Source: Candidatus Levyibacteriota bacterium
GTDB lineage: Bacteria > Patescibacteriota > Microgenomatia > Levybacterales > GWA1-39-11
Length of the DNA stretch: 64,000 nucleotides
NCBI GenBank assembly: GCA_039738415.1
Contig: JBCLLY010000001.1
Location: 53,621 to 117,620 of the forward strand
Direction of reading: 5' to 3'
A program made the position numbers and the translations under genes. This document shows positions 27,800-37,209 of the stretch, piece after piece; the first letter of the stretch is position 1; every line of letters begins with the position of its first letter. The notes beneath the pieces are model-generated. The model did no database searches and was not told the origin of the DNA. It saw only the letters and a list, made by a program, of their open reading frames with translations.

Positions 27800-27960
27800 G
27801 AGATTGCCACGCTCCATTTCATTCCGCTCGCAATGACAGTAAGTGCGAAAGTTGCCTTTCATAGTCGTCATTGCGATCCGCCAGCTGGCGGATCCTCGCA
27901 ATGACGGGTAAACTCATGATCGCAATGACGAGAGAAGGGAATTGTTTTTTAAAGTCTTGA
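27800..27960. repeat. REP-like cluster (GTCATTGCGA-TCCGCCAGCTGGCGGA-TCCTCGCAATGAC; CGCAATGAC four times)
   Basis: Long perfect inverted repeats. Confidence 0.7.
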
Positions 27961-28049
27961 TTGTTCATAATTTTGCACTTTGAATTCAAACTTTTAACTT
28001 TTAACTTTTAACTTTTTCAGCCAGAGGCTGATCCGCCTTTGGCGGAAAC

Positions 28050-29105
28050 TTAATACACCGGTACTACTACATAGACAACAGTATTAGTATAACTTCCTGC
28101 TCTGGTAGCAGAATCTCCTGTAACACGGTAAGTTATTGTAAATTGCTCGTTTGTTACAGTTGGATCCTCAATAACAGCCGTATGATCTGCTATCGGATCT
28201 CCAGGCGCTGATGTAGTAAATCCTGCATGTTTTGGCCCTCCAGTGGTAAACCTGTCTGCTGTGCCTCCCGCCAGATTATTATCATCAGTTGTATAACCAA
28301 AACCGGTTCCCGACCAGACAGCAGGGGCGGAATTAGGACTTGCAAAAGCTGGGATAGTATTTGATCCAGAGGTTAAAAGTCCTGTATTTCGACCATATAT
28401 AGTATAACCGTTATAGGCATTAGTCGAGGTGGTTAAAACTGTTGTTTTGGCACTGTCGGTAAAAGAGTTTCCGGAATTGAGGTTGGCAAAGGTGAGAGTT
28501 GCCGAGGATATGCCAAAAGTAAGCGAGGGGTTAGAAGTGGCAATGGCAGCAGATTCAGGTCCATACCCGCTTTCAGTAAAATTGCCCCTTTTGGCCTTCC
28601 CTTTTATCTCATAAGTAGTGTTGGCGTTCAGGGTTCTGACAAATTCACCCGTTGCCCCACCCCAGTCAGTATAGGTTTGCCAATCCTCTGTTCCTAAAAC
28701 TGTACCAACAGTATTATCATTTTGAACGTATTTAGTAGTAACAAAATCATCATCAGAGATAGCAATAGCAAATAAGGCGTCCGTGGGGTTACTCCCATTA
28801 TCGATAACGAACTTAAGCCTGTCATAATTGGTGGCCGGATTGGACAAAGTTGGCACTGGCGGAACATTGGCCTGCATAGTAAAGATTAACCCTGTACCAG
28901 CCTTAAAGCTTGTCGAACTTAATTGTCCAAACTCCAATTCCCCTGCTACCCCGAATAAGGAAAAATTAGTCGAATTAAAACCATCCGTTCCCCCACTGCC
29001 AAAAGTATAGTCTTTTAATTCGTAGTTAGTGCTGGTCGGCCCGGCAAAAACAGATAGAGGAAAGATTAATACAATTATAAAGAGTAAGATCAGTAGTTTA
29101 GCCAT
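28050..29105 (-). CDS. Thr/Gly-rich secreted surface protein (same family as 22415/23679; C-terminal ...GSYTNTVVYVVVPVY)
   Basis: Signal peptide and shared C-terminal block W..GFGYTT.D..L.GGTADRFT... Confidence 0.5.
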   Translation of the reverse strand: MAKLLILLFIIVLIFPLSVFAGPTSTNYELKDYTFGSGGTDGFNSTNFSLFGVAGELEFGQLSSTSFKAGTGLIFTMQANVPPVPTLSNPATNYDRLKFVIDNGSNPTDALFAIAISDDDFVTTKYVQNDNTVGTVLGTEDWQTYTDWGGATGEFVRTLNANTTYEIKGKAKRGNFTESGYGPESAAIATSNPSLTFGISSATLTFANLNSGNSFTDSAKTTVLTTSTNAYNGYTIYGRNTGLLTSGSNTIPAFASPNSAPAVWSGTGFGYTTDDNNLAGGTADRFTTGGPKHAGFTTSAPGDPIADHTAVIEDPTVTNEQFTITYRVTGDSATRAGSYTNTVVYVVVPVY

Positions 29106-29162
29106 AAATCAAAGATTAAAAATCAAATCTCAAAAATAAAAATCAAAAATCAAAAACTATCA

Positions 29163-29537
29163 TCATCTGTTTTTCTTCATAGTGATGATACTTGCCGCTA
29201 AAATATTGGCTAACTGTTCTACTTCATCAATTAAAGGGTTGATTTTTTCTGATGGAACCCTTTTTGTTTCTTTTAACAAAGTCAGCCAGTATTTTGCTTC
29301 ATTGGCACTTTTTAATGCATGAGTGTAAAAATTAATATAATCTCTTTTACTTGAGGCTGACTTTGCTTCGGTGATATTTGCCCCAATTGAAGTTGCACTT
29401 CTTATCAACTGATCTGCTATTACCCAACAAGAACGCACACTCGGCAAACTATCTGTTAATTCTATTACCTGAATTGAAAATTTAAAAGCTCTATCTAAAA
29501 AATTTTCTTTCTCTTTTTTTTGGTCTTTTATGTCCAT
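29163..29537 (-). CDS. four-helix-bundle protein copy 3
   Basis: IGANITEAKSASSKRDYINFYTHALKSANEAKYWL. Confidence 0.7.
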   Translation of the reverse strand: MDIKDQKKEKENFLDRAFKFSIQVIELTDSLPSVRSCWVIADQLIRSATSIGANITEAKSASSKRDYINFYTHALKSANEAKYWLTLLKETKRVPSEKINPLIDEVEQLANILAASIITMKKNR

Positions 29538-29570
29538 TTTTGAGATTTAATTTTTGATTTTTTATTTTCT

Positions 29571-30506
29571 TTATACCTTAGTATAGTATATTGACCGTCC
29601 TTTACCATAAGCAAAAAGAAGTCCCAATCCCGCTAAGCGGGATAAATCCCTTGAAGCAGTAACCTGGGCGACCTTAAACATTGTTTGGACTTGATGGTTG
29701 GTTATCTTGACCTCCGGAGATTCAAGGTAGCGTAATATCTCTCTTTGTCTTTCATTAAGCTGTAGGAGTTTAGTCGGCAGGGAAGAAGAAAACCGCCGTC
29801 TGACAATTTTATCCTCCATCTTGACTAAATGAGTCAAAACTACTTGGGTAAAATCTTCTAAAAAGGGGGTTAAAGCAGACTCGCTCTGCAAAAGTAAGCT
29901 TTCACTGTGGGCGAATAAGTCTTCCAATACTAAGAAACCTCTCATATCATAACCATGCTTGTATAAAAATAGATAAGAGGTGAGAATAGCAACACGTTCG
30001 TTACCTTGGCGGAATACCGGATCTTTGAGGAGTTTGATAAAGGCTAAACCGGATTGAATTACTGGTATTTCTTGACCAGCTTGGAGGTATTTGAGAAATT
30101 CTTCCAACTGTACAATAAAGTTTTCAAAATTGAGAACCCTTCCCAGAGTTGGTGCACAGGCTATATTGTAAAGCGCTAGTATCTCCTCAGATGTCACCTT
30201 CGACTTTGAAGCAATCCAGGTATGATGCAGAAAATCCAGGGCTTTTTTATAATTTATTAGTTCCTGCTCCTTAGTAGTGGTTTTTTTGGGATTATAAGTG
30301 GAAAGCAGATTAGCAATCTCTGTTTTGGTGATTGGCTCCTGTGTGGTTGTTGGTAATGAGTGAAGTCTATCTATCATTGTTTCCCATCTAAAGACAAGCT
30401 CGTCTTTTGGTGAGATAGGAGTTACAAGTAACTTCGTTCTCAGTAGGTCAATATCATCAATGGTTTTTTTTAACCTTGGTGAGAAACTATAACTTAAATT
30501 TAACAT
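29571..30506 (-). CDS. Fic-like protein with degenerate active-site motif (DPVFRQGNER instead of HPFx[DE]GNGR) and C-terminal winged-helix
   Basis: By-eye motif alignment. C-terminal ...VTASRDLSRLAGLGLLFAYGKGRSIYY is wHTH-like. Contains a CCCGCTAAGCGGG hairpin in frame. Confidence 0.3.
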   Translation of the reverse strand: MLNLSYSFSPRLKKTIDDIDLLRTKLLVTPISPKDELVFRWETMIDRLHSLPTTTQEPITKTEIANLLSTYNPKKTTTKEQELINYKKALDFLHHTWIASKSKVTSEEILALYNIACAPTLGRVLNFENFIVQLEEFLKYLQAGQEIPVIQSGLAFIKLLKDPVFRQGNERVAILTSYLFLYKHGYDMRGFLVLEDLFAHSESLLLQSESALTPFLEDFTQVVLTHLVKMEDKIVRRRFSSSLPTKLLQLNERQREILRYLESPEVKITNHQVQTMFKVAQVTASRDLSRLAGLGLLFAYGKGRSIYYTKV

Positions 30507-30759
30507 AAAATTCTCTTTCTTTAAAAATCATACTTTAATGTCAAAAAGAAAGCAATAGGGTATCTTATCACTTTCTTATCATCCATATACTAAGCATAAC
30601 AAGAATTGTTAGTACAGTCTAAACCTAATTTATTGATAAGAATAAGATAAGTTAAAAATTACGTAATTATATCTTGACAGACCACTAATAATCATTAGAT
30701 ACTTAAAATAAGGTAATTTACATAGGTAATTACATAGGTATTGTGAGTAACATCGAACC

Positions 30760-33700
30760 ATGAACAGAGATCAAAAAATAATTGTGATAAGTAAGGCGGC
30801 CAAATTTTTGGGAGTATCTATTGATACGGTGCGCCGCTATGACAAACTGGGCATTCTGCACTCTACCCGCCCCGGCGGTAAAATTCGTTACTTTGATATT
30901 CAAGAATTAAAAGCAGTTAAGTCCTCAAAACCTTTTATCGCTAAATCCCACATGGAAGGAGTCCCGCTTCGCCGCGAGGCGAGCCGGAGGGACTCCTTCC
31001 ATGTGAGAAGAAGGAAAATGGACAGCCAAGTTATTAACGCCATGAATACCTGCGTCACAACTGTCATTCCAGACTTTCTTACCATGAGCCTGTTGAATGA
31101 GATCCGGCATCTACATAAATATTTATGGATTCCCACTTTCGGGGTAATAATAGCACTTTTGCTACTCCTCCTCTTTTCTACACAAGCTCAGCCAGCTACA
31201 GGAACTAACAAACAGATCAATTTTCAGGGAAAAGTTGTTAACATTAATGGTACCAATGTTACCAATGGCAATTATTCATTTGTGTTCAGCTTATATACGG
31301 TTTCCTCCGGCGGATCCGACATCTGGACAGAAACAAAAACACTCACCGTAACAGATGGCATTTTCCGTACAGCTTTAGGATCAACCACTGCTTTTCCCGG
31401 ATCGGTTGACTTTAACACCGATAATATTTACTTGGGGATTAACTTCAACAGTGACGGCGAGATGACTCCAAGAGTCCAGTTCACCGCCGTGCCTCAAGCG
31501 TTTAATGCGTTAAAGGTTGCAGGGCTGACTGTGACTGATACCACCGGCACTTTTACGCTGGCTGATGCCAAAACCTTAACTGTCAGCAACACTTTAACTT
31601 TTGCAGGTACAGACGCCACCTCTTTTACCTTCCCTAGTACTACTGGTGGGACGGTCATAACCAGCAATGCGCCAACCCAATCCATTACCTCAACCCAAAC
31701 ATCAGGTACTGTATTGAGTGTTTCTAACTCCACTGGACTAGAAGCAGCTATTAAAGGTCAAGTCATTACCCTCTCCGGTGCTAACGCTTTTGACCAAACA
31801 GGTCTAGAATTTAACTTATCAGGGGCAACCGGCGCTAACTTAAATGACATTGTGGGTTCTGGCTCCACTTGGAAAGTATCAAAAGCCGGAGTTATAACCG
31901 TTGCATCTTGTACCGGTTGCAGCGGCGGAACTACTTGGAACAACATTACCAACCCAACTGGTACTCAGTCACTCACCTTCGACGATGGAGAACTAACTGC
32001 CTGGACAGTAAACTCAAATACCGAAACTTTCCAGACTATTACCGCAAACTCCCTAACCACAGGTACCGGCCTGTATATCGCTTCATCATCACTCTCATCG
32101 GGTACTCTCATTAACCTTGTTATCACTGGTACAGCTGGACTTACTAACCAAAAAGGTATTAATGTTTCACTCTCTGGCGCTAATGGTGCTGGAGCTCAAA
32201 CTACTTACGGTGGTTACTTTAGCAATACTCACACTGGAACTTCTACCAATGTCGGCCTGTACGCCACAGCCACTGGCGGAACAAACAACTACGCCGCAAT
32301 ATTTGCAGGCGGCAATGTAGGCATCGGCACCACTACTCCGACTGAAAAACTCTCCCTTGCCGGGGGTAACTTCTTACACACTGCCTCAGGTAATCCGACC
32401 TTAAAAGGGACATATGATACGACCGGGAATGCGTATGGAGTATATGTAAGCGGAAAATATGCATATGTTGCAGATGATCTCTCAGGTCTTCAGGTCATTG
32501 ATATAAGTACTCCTTCTAGCCCCACGCTTGTCGGGACATATAATACCAGCGGGAATGCGTATGGAGTATATGTAAGCGGAAAATATGCGTATGTTGCAGA
32601 TGATGGCTCAGGTCTTCAGGTGATTGATATAAGTACTCCTTCTAACCCCACGCTTGTTGGGACATATGATACGAGTGGGCTTGCGCGGGAAGTATATGTA
32701 AGCGGAAAATATGCGTATGTTGCAGATTATGACTCAGGGCTTCAGGTGATTGATATAAGTACTCCATCTGCCCCCACGCTTGTTGGGACATACGATACGA
32801 GCGGGGAGGCGTATGGAGTATATGTAAGCGGAAAATATGCATATGTTGCAGATGTTGCCTCAGGTCTTCAGGTGATTGATATAAGCGTACCATCTAGCCC
32901 CACGCTTGTCGGGACATATAATACGAGTGGGCTTGCGCGGGGAGTATATGTAAGCGGAAAATATGCGTATGTTGCAGATCAGACCTCAGGTCTTCAGGTA
33001 ATTGATATAAGTACTCCTTCTAGCCCTACGCTTGTCGGGACATATAATACGAGCGGGGATGCGTACGGAGTATATGTAAGCGGAAAATATGCGTATGTTG
33101 CAGATATTGGGCCAGGTCTTCAGGTGATTGATATAAGTACTCCTTCTAGCCCCACGCTTGTTGGGACATATAATACGAGCGATCTTGCGTGGGGAGTATA
33201 TGTAAGCGGAAAATATGCGTATGTTGCAGATGGTGCCTCAGGTCTTCAGGTGATTGATATAAATGGCATCGAAACACCTTCACTTTATGCAGGAAATATA
33301 GCCACAAATGACCTTACAGTTACAGAAAATGCCGATATCGCCAACAACTTGTCTATCGGAAATGGCCTCAATGTCGGGTCTGGCGGAATATTCTCAGCAG
33401 GAACCATCGCCCTTGTCTCAACAGATGTTAGCAATTCCCTGATCATTACAGCAAACTCGGTGACTACAGCAACGAGTATCAAAGTTAATACTACCGGACT
33501 TACTACTGGCAATGCTTTGGAAATTCTGGGCCCCTCCTCAACCAACCTTCTGACTATCGGAAGAACAAATCAGGGCTTTCTTGATTTTGCCAGAGTATCC
33601 ATTGGAACCTCTCAACAGCGCGATCAACTTCATGTTCAAGGCCGCATCAATACCACATGGGATTGGATAGATGAAAGTTTCCTTGGCTCAATTGCAGGAG

Positions 33701-36144
33701 GTGGTGCGGCCACTGCAGTAACAGCTGATACTCTCGTACGTAGTTTTGTAATGGATGAGATAACCGAATGTGGTTGGCGTTTACAGCAGTCAACGGGTTT
33801 TTCTGCCATTCAAGCTCGTGCCGGAGATGCCGCCGCCACCGCCAATGATGGTTGTCGCACAGGCTCTGGAGGTCTTGTTGGTCTTCGCAAGAATGAAAAC
33901 CCGGTAATGGAAACCAAGGTTACGATGGACAGCACCGCCGAACATATTGTCAGAATCGGCTTTACCAGTGATGCGGCCGGCGCGGCTATTCAAACCGAGC
34001 CGGTTGACGGTGTCTTCTTCCGCAAAACAGCAGCGCAAACCAACTGGTTCTGCGTTACCCGGGCCACCAACACCGAAACTGCTGTTGATTCTGCCACCGC
34101 GATTTCCGCTAGCGGAACTTTCCAAACTCTTAGGATTGAGATTGAAAATACCGCCGACGACGGAGCAAGATTCTTCATTAATGGCACCTCAGTCTGCAGC
34201 AGTCCGATCTTGACTAACATTCCGACCGCCAATCTTGGTTGGGGTAACGCAAATGCTGAAACCAATATAACTGTCAAAAACCTATCTACCGATTACATAA
34301 AAGTCTGGCAAGACGCGCCACCAGAAGGAGCCGGAGCCTCCGCGCAAGCAACTGAGGCAGCGCCACAGGCTGCAGATATGATTGAGAGTGCCGATGTAGC
34401 GGAGTTTTATCTTGGTGACCCGACAATTCTTGTGCCAGGAACAGTCGTCAGTCTAAAAGATCCAACTAATTCTAATGAAACACGACCTAGTGTTGAAAAA
34501 TCACAAAGGGCGTACGATCCTAGAGCGTTAGGTGTAGTCTCAACCTCCCCCGGATTGACTTTGGGTAATCCCGGAGATGAAAAGGCTGTTGAGGTTGCTT
34601 TGGCGGGAAGAGTACCAGTTAAGGTATCAACTGAAAATGGACCGATTAGGGCGGGAGATTTATTAACTTCTTCTTCCCAGCTAGGAGTGGCGATGAAAGC
34701 CACCAAAGCCGGTCGGATTATTGGGCAGGCCTTGACTTCATATGCAGGAGAAGAGATCGGCACCGTACTGATGTTTATTCATAATTCGTATTCACAGGGA
34801 TCAAAATTAGCGGATATTTTGCCGGGGTTAACTTCCACCTCCGAGGAGTCAGAGCCCACCTCGGAGGTGTCTCTGGGCAAGCTTGCGCTGGCCCAGTTTG
34901 TTGCCGAGAGAGAGCAGTTGGCGCAAGCGGTGGATTTATCAGAAATAGTTACCGATAGAGTAAGCGCTGGACTTGAGGTGATTACGCTAAAACTTATCGC
35001 TTCGGAAGTTAATCTTGACAGTATTTCAGCGGCAACAGGAGAAGATATTGCCCTTAATCTAACAAGCAATGGTAAGTTTATAATCAAAGATGAAGAGGGA
35101 CAGACTGCCATAAGTTTTGATAGCCAAGGAAATGCATTCTTTAAAGGAACTGTATCAGCAGACAAAGTTAAAGCAAACCAGATAGAAGGGTTGGAGATAT
35201 TTACCAATAAATTGGCAAGCTTGAGTCAGCAAGTGGTCCAACTTCGCCAAGGCTTCGATGGACAAGCAGGAATTGCAACATCATCTGCTGTCATTCTGGG
35301 GACGAGTGAAACGAGGACACCAGAATCAGGATTCTTGACAAGCCAGAATGACCCCTCGACTACGCTCGGGGCAGGCAATATAGTTACCCTTGGTAACATC
35401 ATATTTAAGAGTGGAAAAGTTACCCTCGACCTCACAGTTTTGGGCAGACTTGAAACACAGGGATGGCTAGTAGTGGGTGGCCCAGCTGAGTTTAAAGCTC
35501 CTACCCTATTTGAAGCACTGGTTACATTTGTTCAAAATGTGATTTTTAGAGGTGATGTCAGTTTCCTTGGGAACGTAAAATATCTTTCAGATATAACGTT
35601 CCAAGGTCGACCAACCTTTAACAAAGACACCGCAGGCTTTGCCGTTATTTACAAAGACGCCGACACAGTAGAAGTTGTGTTTGAAAAAGAGTACGCCCAG
35701 ATCCCCCTGGTTAATATAAGTATTACTTTAGATGACTTATGTCATCCTGAACTTGATTCAGGATCTCAAGATTCTTTGGCTACGCCTCAAAATGACAATG
35801 AATGTAAAACCAAACAAGAGACACTTGAGCAAGCCATATTGAGTGGAGATATCCGATATATTGTTACAAAACGAACAACAAAAGGATTCATTATAAAAAT
35901 TAATAAAGTTGCACCAGATGATGTAAAGTTTTCCTGGAGTGCCTTATCTGTAAAAGATGCAAAGACGTTTCAGTCTGTCATTCTGGGGACGAGTGAAATG
36001 AGGACGCCAGAATCTGATTCTGGACAAGCCGGAATGACGGCGTCAAACCCTACGCCTACACCTACTTCTACACCGGAAGCTTCCCCTTCAGCTACTTTAT
36101 CAGATACTCCATCAGCTATCCCAACAAGCACAGCAACTCCTTGA
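30760..36144 (+). CDS. giant cell-surface protein with eight LVIVD repeats (beta-propeller) and Thr-rich regions; N-terminal excisionase-type HTH is probably fused
   Basis: Eight units of ...GNAYGVYVSGKYAYVADD.SGLQVIDISTPSSPTLVGTY... (LVIVD repeat). Signal-anchor IPTFGVIIALLLLLLFSTQA lies after residue about 125. It carries at least four in-frame palindromic-element insertions. Real start may be about 31018. Confidence 0.6.
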   Translation: MNRDQKIIVISKAAKFLGVSIDTVRRYDKLGILHSTRPGGKIRYFDIQELKAVKSSKPFIAKSHMEGVPLRREASRRDSFHVRRRKMDSQVINAMNTCVTTVIPDFLTMSLLNEIRHLHKYLWIPTFGVIIALLLLLLFSTQAQPATGTNKQINFQGKVVNINGTNVTNGNYSFVFSLYTVSSGGSDIWTETKTLTVTDGIFRTALGSTTAFPGSVDFNTDNIYLGINFNSDGEMTPRVQFTAVPQAFNALKVAGLTVTDTTGTFTLADAKTLTVSNTLTFAGTDATSFTFPSTTGGTVITSNAPTQSITSTQTSGTVLSVSNSTGLEAAIKGQVITLSGANAFDQTGLEFNLSGATGANLNDIVGSGSTWKVSKAGVITVASCTGCSGGTTWNNITNPTGTQSLTFDDGELTAWTVNSNTETFQTITANSLTTGTGLYIASSSLSSGTLINLVITGTAGLTNQKGINVSLSGANGAGAQTTYGGYFSNTHTGTSTNVGLYATATGGTNNYAAIFAGGNVGIGTTTPTEKLSLAGGNFLHTASGNPTLKGTYDTTGNAYGVYVSGKYAYVADDLSGLQVIDISTPSSPTLVGTYNTSGNAYGVYVSGKYAYVADDGSGLQVIDISTPSNPTLVGTYDTSGLAREVYVSGKYAYVADYDSGLQVIDISTPSAPTLVGTYDTSGEAYGVYVSGKYAYVADVASGLQVIDISVPSSPTLVGTYNTSGLARGVYVSGKYAYVADQTSGLQVIDISTPSSPTLVGTYNTSGDAYGVYVSGKYAYVADIGPGLQVIDISTPSSPTLVGTYNTSDLAWGVYVSGKYAYVADGASGLQVIDINGIETPSLYAGNIATNDLTVTENADIANNLSIGNGLNVGSGGIFSAGTIALVSTDVSNSLIITANSVTTATSIKVNTTGLTTGNALEILGPSSTNLLTIGRTNQGFLDFARVSIGTSQQRDQLHVQGRINTTWDWIDESFLGSIAGGGAATAVTADTLVRSFVMDEITECGWRLQQSTGFSAIQARAGDAAATANDGCRTGSGGLVGLRKNENPVMETKVTMDSTAEHIVRIGFTSDAAGAAIQTEPVDGVFFRKTAAQTNWFCVTRATNTETAVDSATAISASGTFQTLRIEIENTADDGARFFINGTSVCSSPILTNIPTANLGWGNANAETNITVKNLSTDYIKVWQDAPPEGAGASAQATEAAPQAADMIESADVAEFYLGDPTILVPGTVVSLKDPTNSNETRPSVEKSQRAYDPRALGVVSTSPGLTLGNPGDEKAVEVALAGRVPVKVSTENGPIRAGDLLTSSSQLGVAMKATKAGRIIGQALTSYAGEEIGTVLMFIHNSYSQGSKLADILPGLTSTSEESEPTSEVSLGKLALAQFVAEREQLAQAVDLSEIVTDRVSAGLEVITLKLIASEVNLDSISAATGEDIALNLTSNGKFIIKDEEGQTAISFDSQGNAFFKGTVSADKVKANQIEGLEIFTNKLASLSQQVVQLRQGFDGQAGIATSSAVILGTSETRTPESGFLTSQNDPSTTLGAGNIVTLGNIIFKSGKVTLDLTVLGRLETQGWLVVGGPAEFKAPTLFEALVTFVQNVIFRGDVSFLGNVKYLSDITFQGRPTFNKDTAGFAVIYKDADTVEVVFEKEYAQIPLVNISITLDDLCHPELDSGSQDSLATPQNDNECKTKQETLEQAILSGDIRYIVTKRTTKGFIIKINKVAPDDVKFSWSALSVKDAKTFQSVILGTSEMRTPESDSGQAGMTASNPTPTPTSTPEASPSATLSDTPSAIPTSTATP
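30949..31005. repeat. 57-bp palindromic element translated in frame (CACATGGAAGGAGTCCC...GGGACTCCTTCCATGTG)
   Basis: Perfect 17-bp inverted repeat arms; 57 nt is 19 codons. Confidence 0.7.
35290..35352. repeat. 63-bp REP-like element (GTCATTCTGG...CCAGAATGAC) translated in frame (VILGTSETRTPESGFLTSQND)
   Basis: Same element family as 25787, 49232 and 56805. Confidence 0.75.
35741..35765. repeat. GTCATCCTGAA-CTTGA-TTCAGGATC hairpin inside the giant ORF
   Basis: Identical half-element to the start of the 42913 element. Confidence 0.6.
35977..36038. repeat. second REP-like element translated in frame (VILGTSEMRTPESDSGQAGMT)
   Basis: Near-identical to 35290-35352. Confidence 0.75.
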
Positions 36145-36177
36145 CAAAGGTTCAAAAATACCCTACTCTAAATTAAG

Positions 36178-36876
36178 ATGAGAGTTAAATTTCCCTTAAA
36201 AAGGGTAGTATTTGCTTTAACAGCTGTTTTGATTATTACAGCGGCAAGCGCTCCTGCTTATTACTTTTATTATCAAAACCAAAAATCGCAGGAGCTTTTG
36301 AAAAATCCCACAGAGGCAGCCCGCGAGGAAGTAAGGGCTCTGATGGCAAAAGTTGGTCAGCTTTTAGAGCTACCGCAGGGGGAAGAACCCACTGTTGCTA
36401 CAGTTTCTGATAAAGAGAAGCTAAAAGACCAGTCCTTTTTCGCCAAAGCAGAAAATGGAGACAAGGTCTTAATTTACACCAATGCAAAAAAAGCCGTCCT
36501 TTATAGACCATCTACCAATAAAGTTATTGATATGGCGCCGGTTAATATTGGTGCTTCGACAACCACAGGATCGGGACAAGCTGCGCTCTCACAAACACAG
36601 CTACTCAGAGTTGCTCTCTACAACGGTACAACAACCACAGGTTTGACCAGAACAGCTGAGGCGGATATAAAAAGTAAGCTGACCAATATTGAGGTGGTTT
36701 TAAAGGAAAATGCTAAGAAAAATGATTATACTAAAACTTTGGTAATTGACATCTCTGGTATTAAAAAAGAGGTAGCTGTGCAGGTGGCAAAAATCCTGGG
36801 AGGCGAGGTGGCAGAGTTGCCCGATGGTGAAACAAGGCCGGATGCGGATATAATGGTAATTATTGGTCAGGACTGA
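36178..36876 (+). CDS. LytR_C domain-containing membrane-anchored protein
   Basis: C-terminal LRVALYNGTTTTGLTRTAEADIKSKL...KNDYTKTLVI matches the LytR C-terminal domain pattern. Confidence 0.45.
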   Translation: MRVKFPLKRVVFALTAVLIITAASAPAYYFYYQNQKSQELLKNPTEAAREEVRALMAKVGQLLELPQGEEPTVATVSDKEKLKDQSFFAKAENGDKVLIYTNAKKAVLYRPSTNKVIDMAPVNIGASTTTGSGQAALSQTQLLRVALYNGTTTTGLTRTAEADIKSKLTNIEVVLKENAKKNDYTKTLVIDISGIKKEVAVQVAKILGGEVAELPDGETRPDADIMVIIGQD

Positions 36877-37209
36877 ATTTAATTTTCCTCCTTGTAATAA
36901 TCTTCTTTCCCAACGGACGCGGCCGCTACCGTCTTTTACACCAAAATCTAACCCCTGCCTAACCCATTCATGATTAATACCCTCTCAAGTTCCGTAAACC
37001 CCGCACCCACAACCTCACCACTCGCCTCGCTGAAGCTGGGGCGAAGCCAAGTCAGACTTGGCTTCGCCTAAGCGAAAAGTCAATCCCATAGAGTGAATCG
37101 AGAAGAATTAGTCCCTGAGAAATTGGCAAGGAAATTGGCAAGGACGGTCCTTGACATACCCATATGTTGCGGGGGGAAGAATTGAAAATTTCAAATTAAA
37201 AATTAATGC

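Noticed and set aside
31494-36155. Numerous minus-strand and alternate-frame ORFs inside the giant gene.
   Set aside because: Embedded in a long, repeat-rich, confidently coding ORF. No independent signals.
37141-37170. GTCCTTGACAT plus G7 promoter-like element.
   Set aside because: No downstream plus-strand gene; it faces the 3' end of a minus-strand gene. Probably an orphan copy of the paralog promoter module, so it is mentioned only as supporting evidence.
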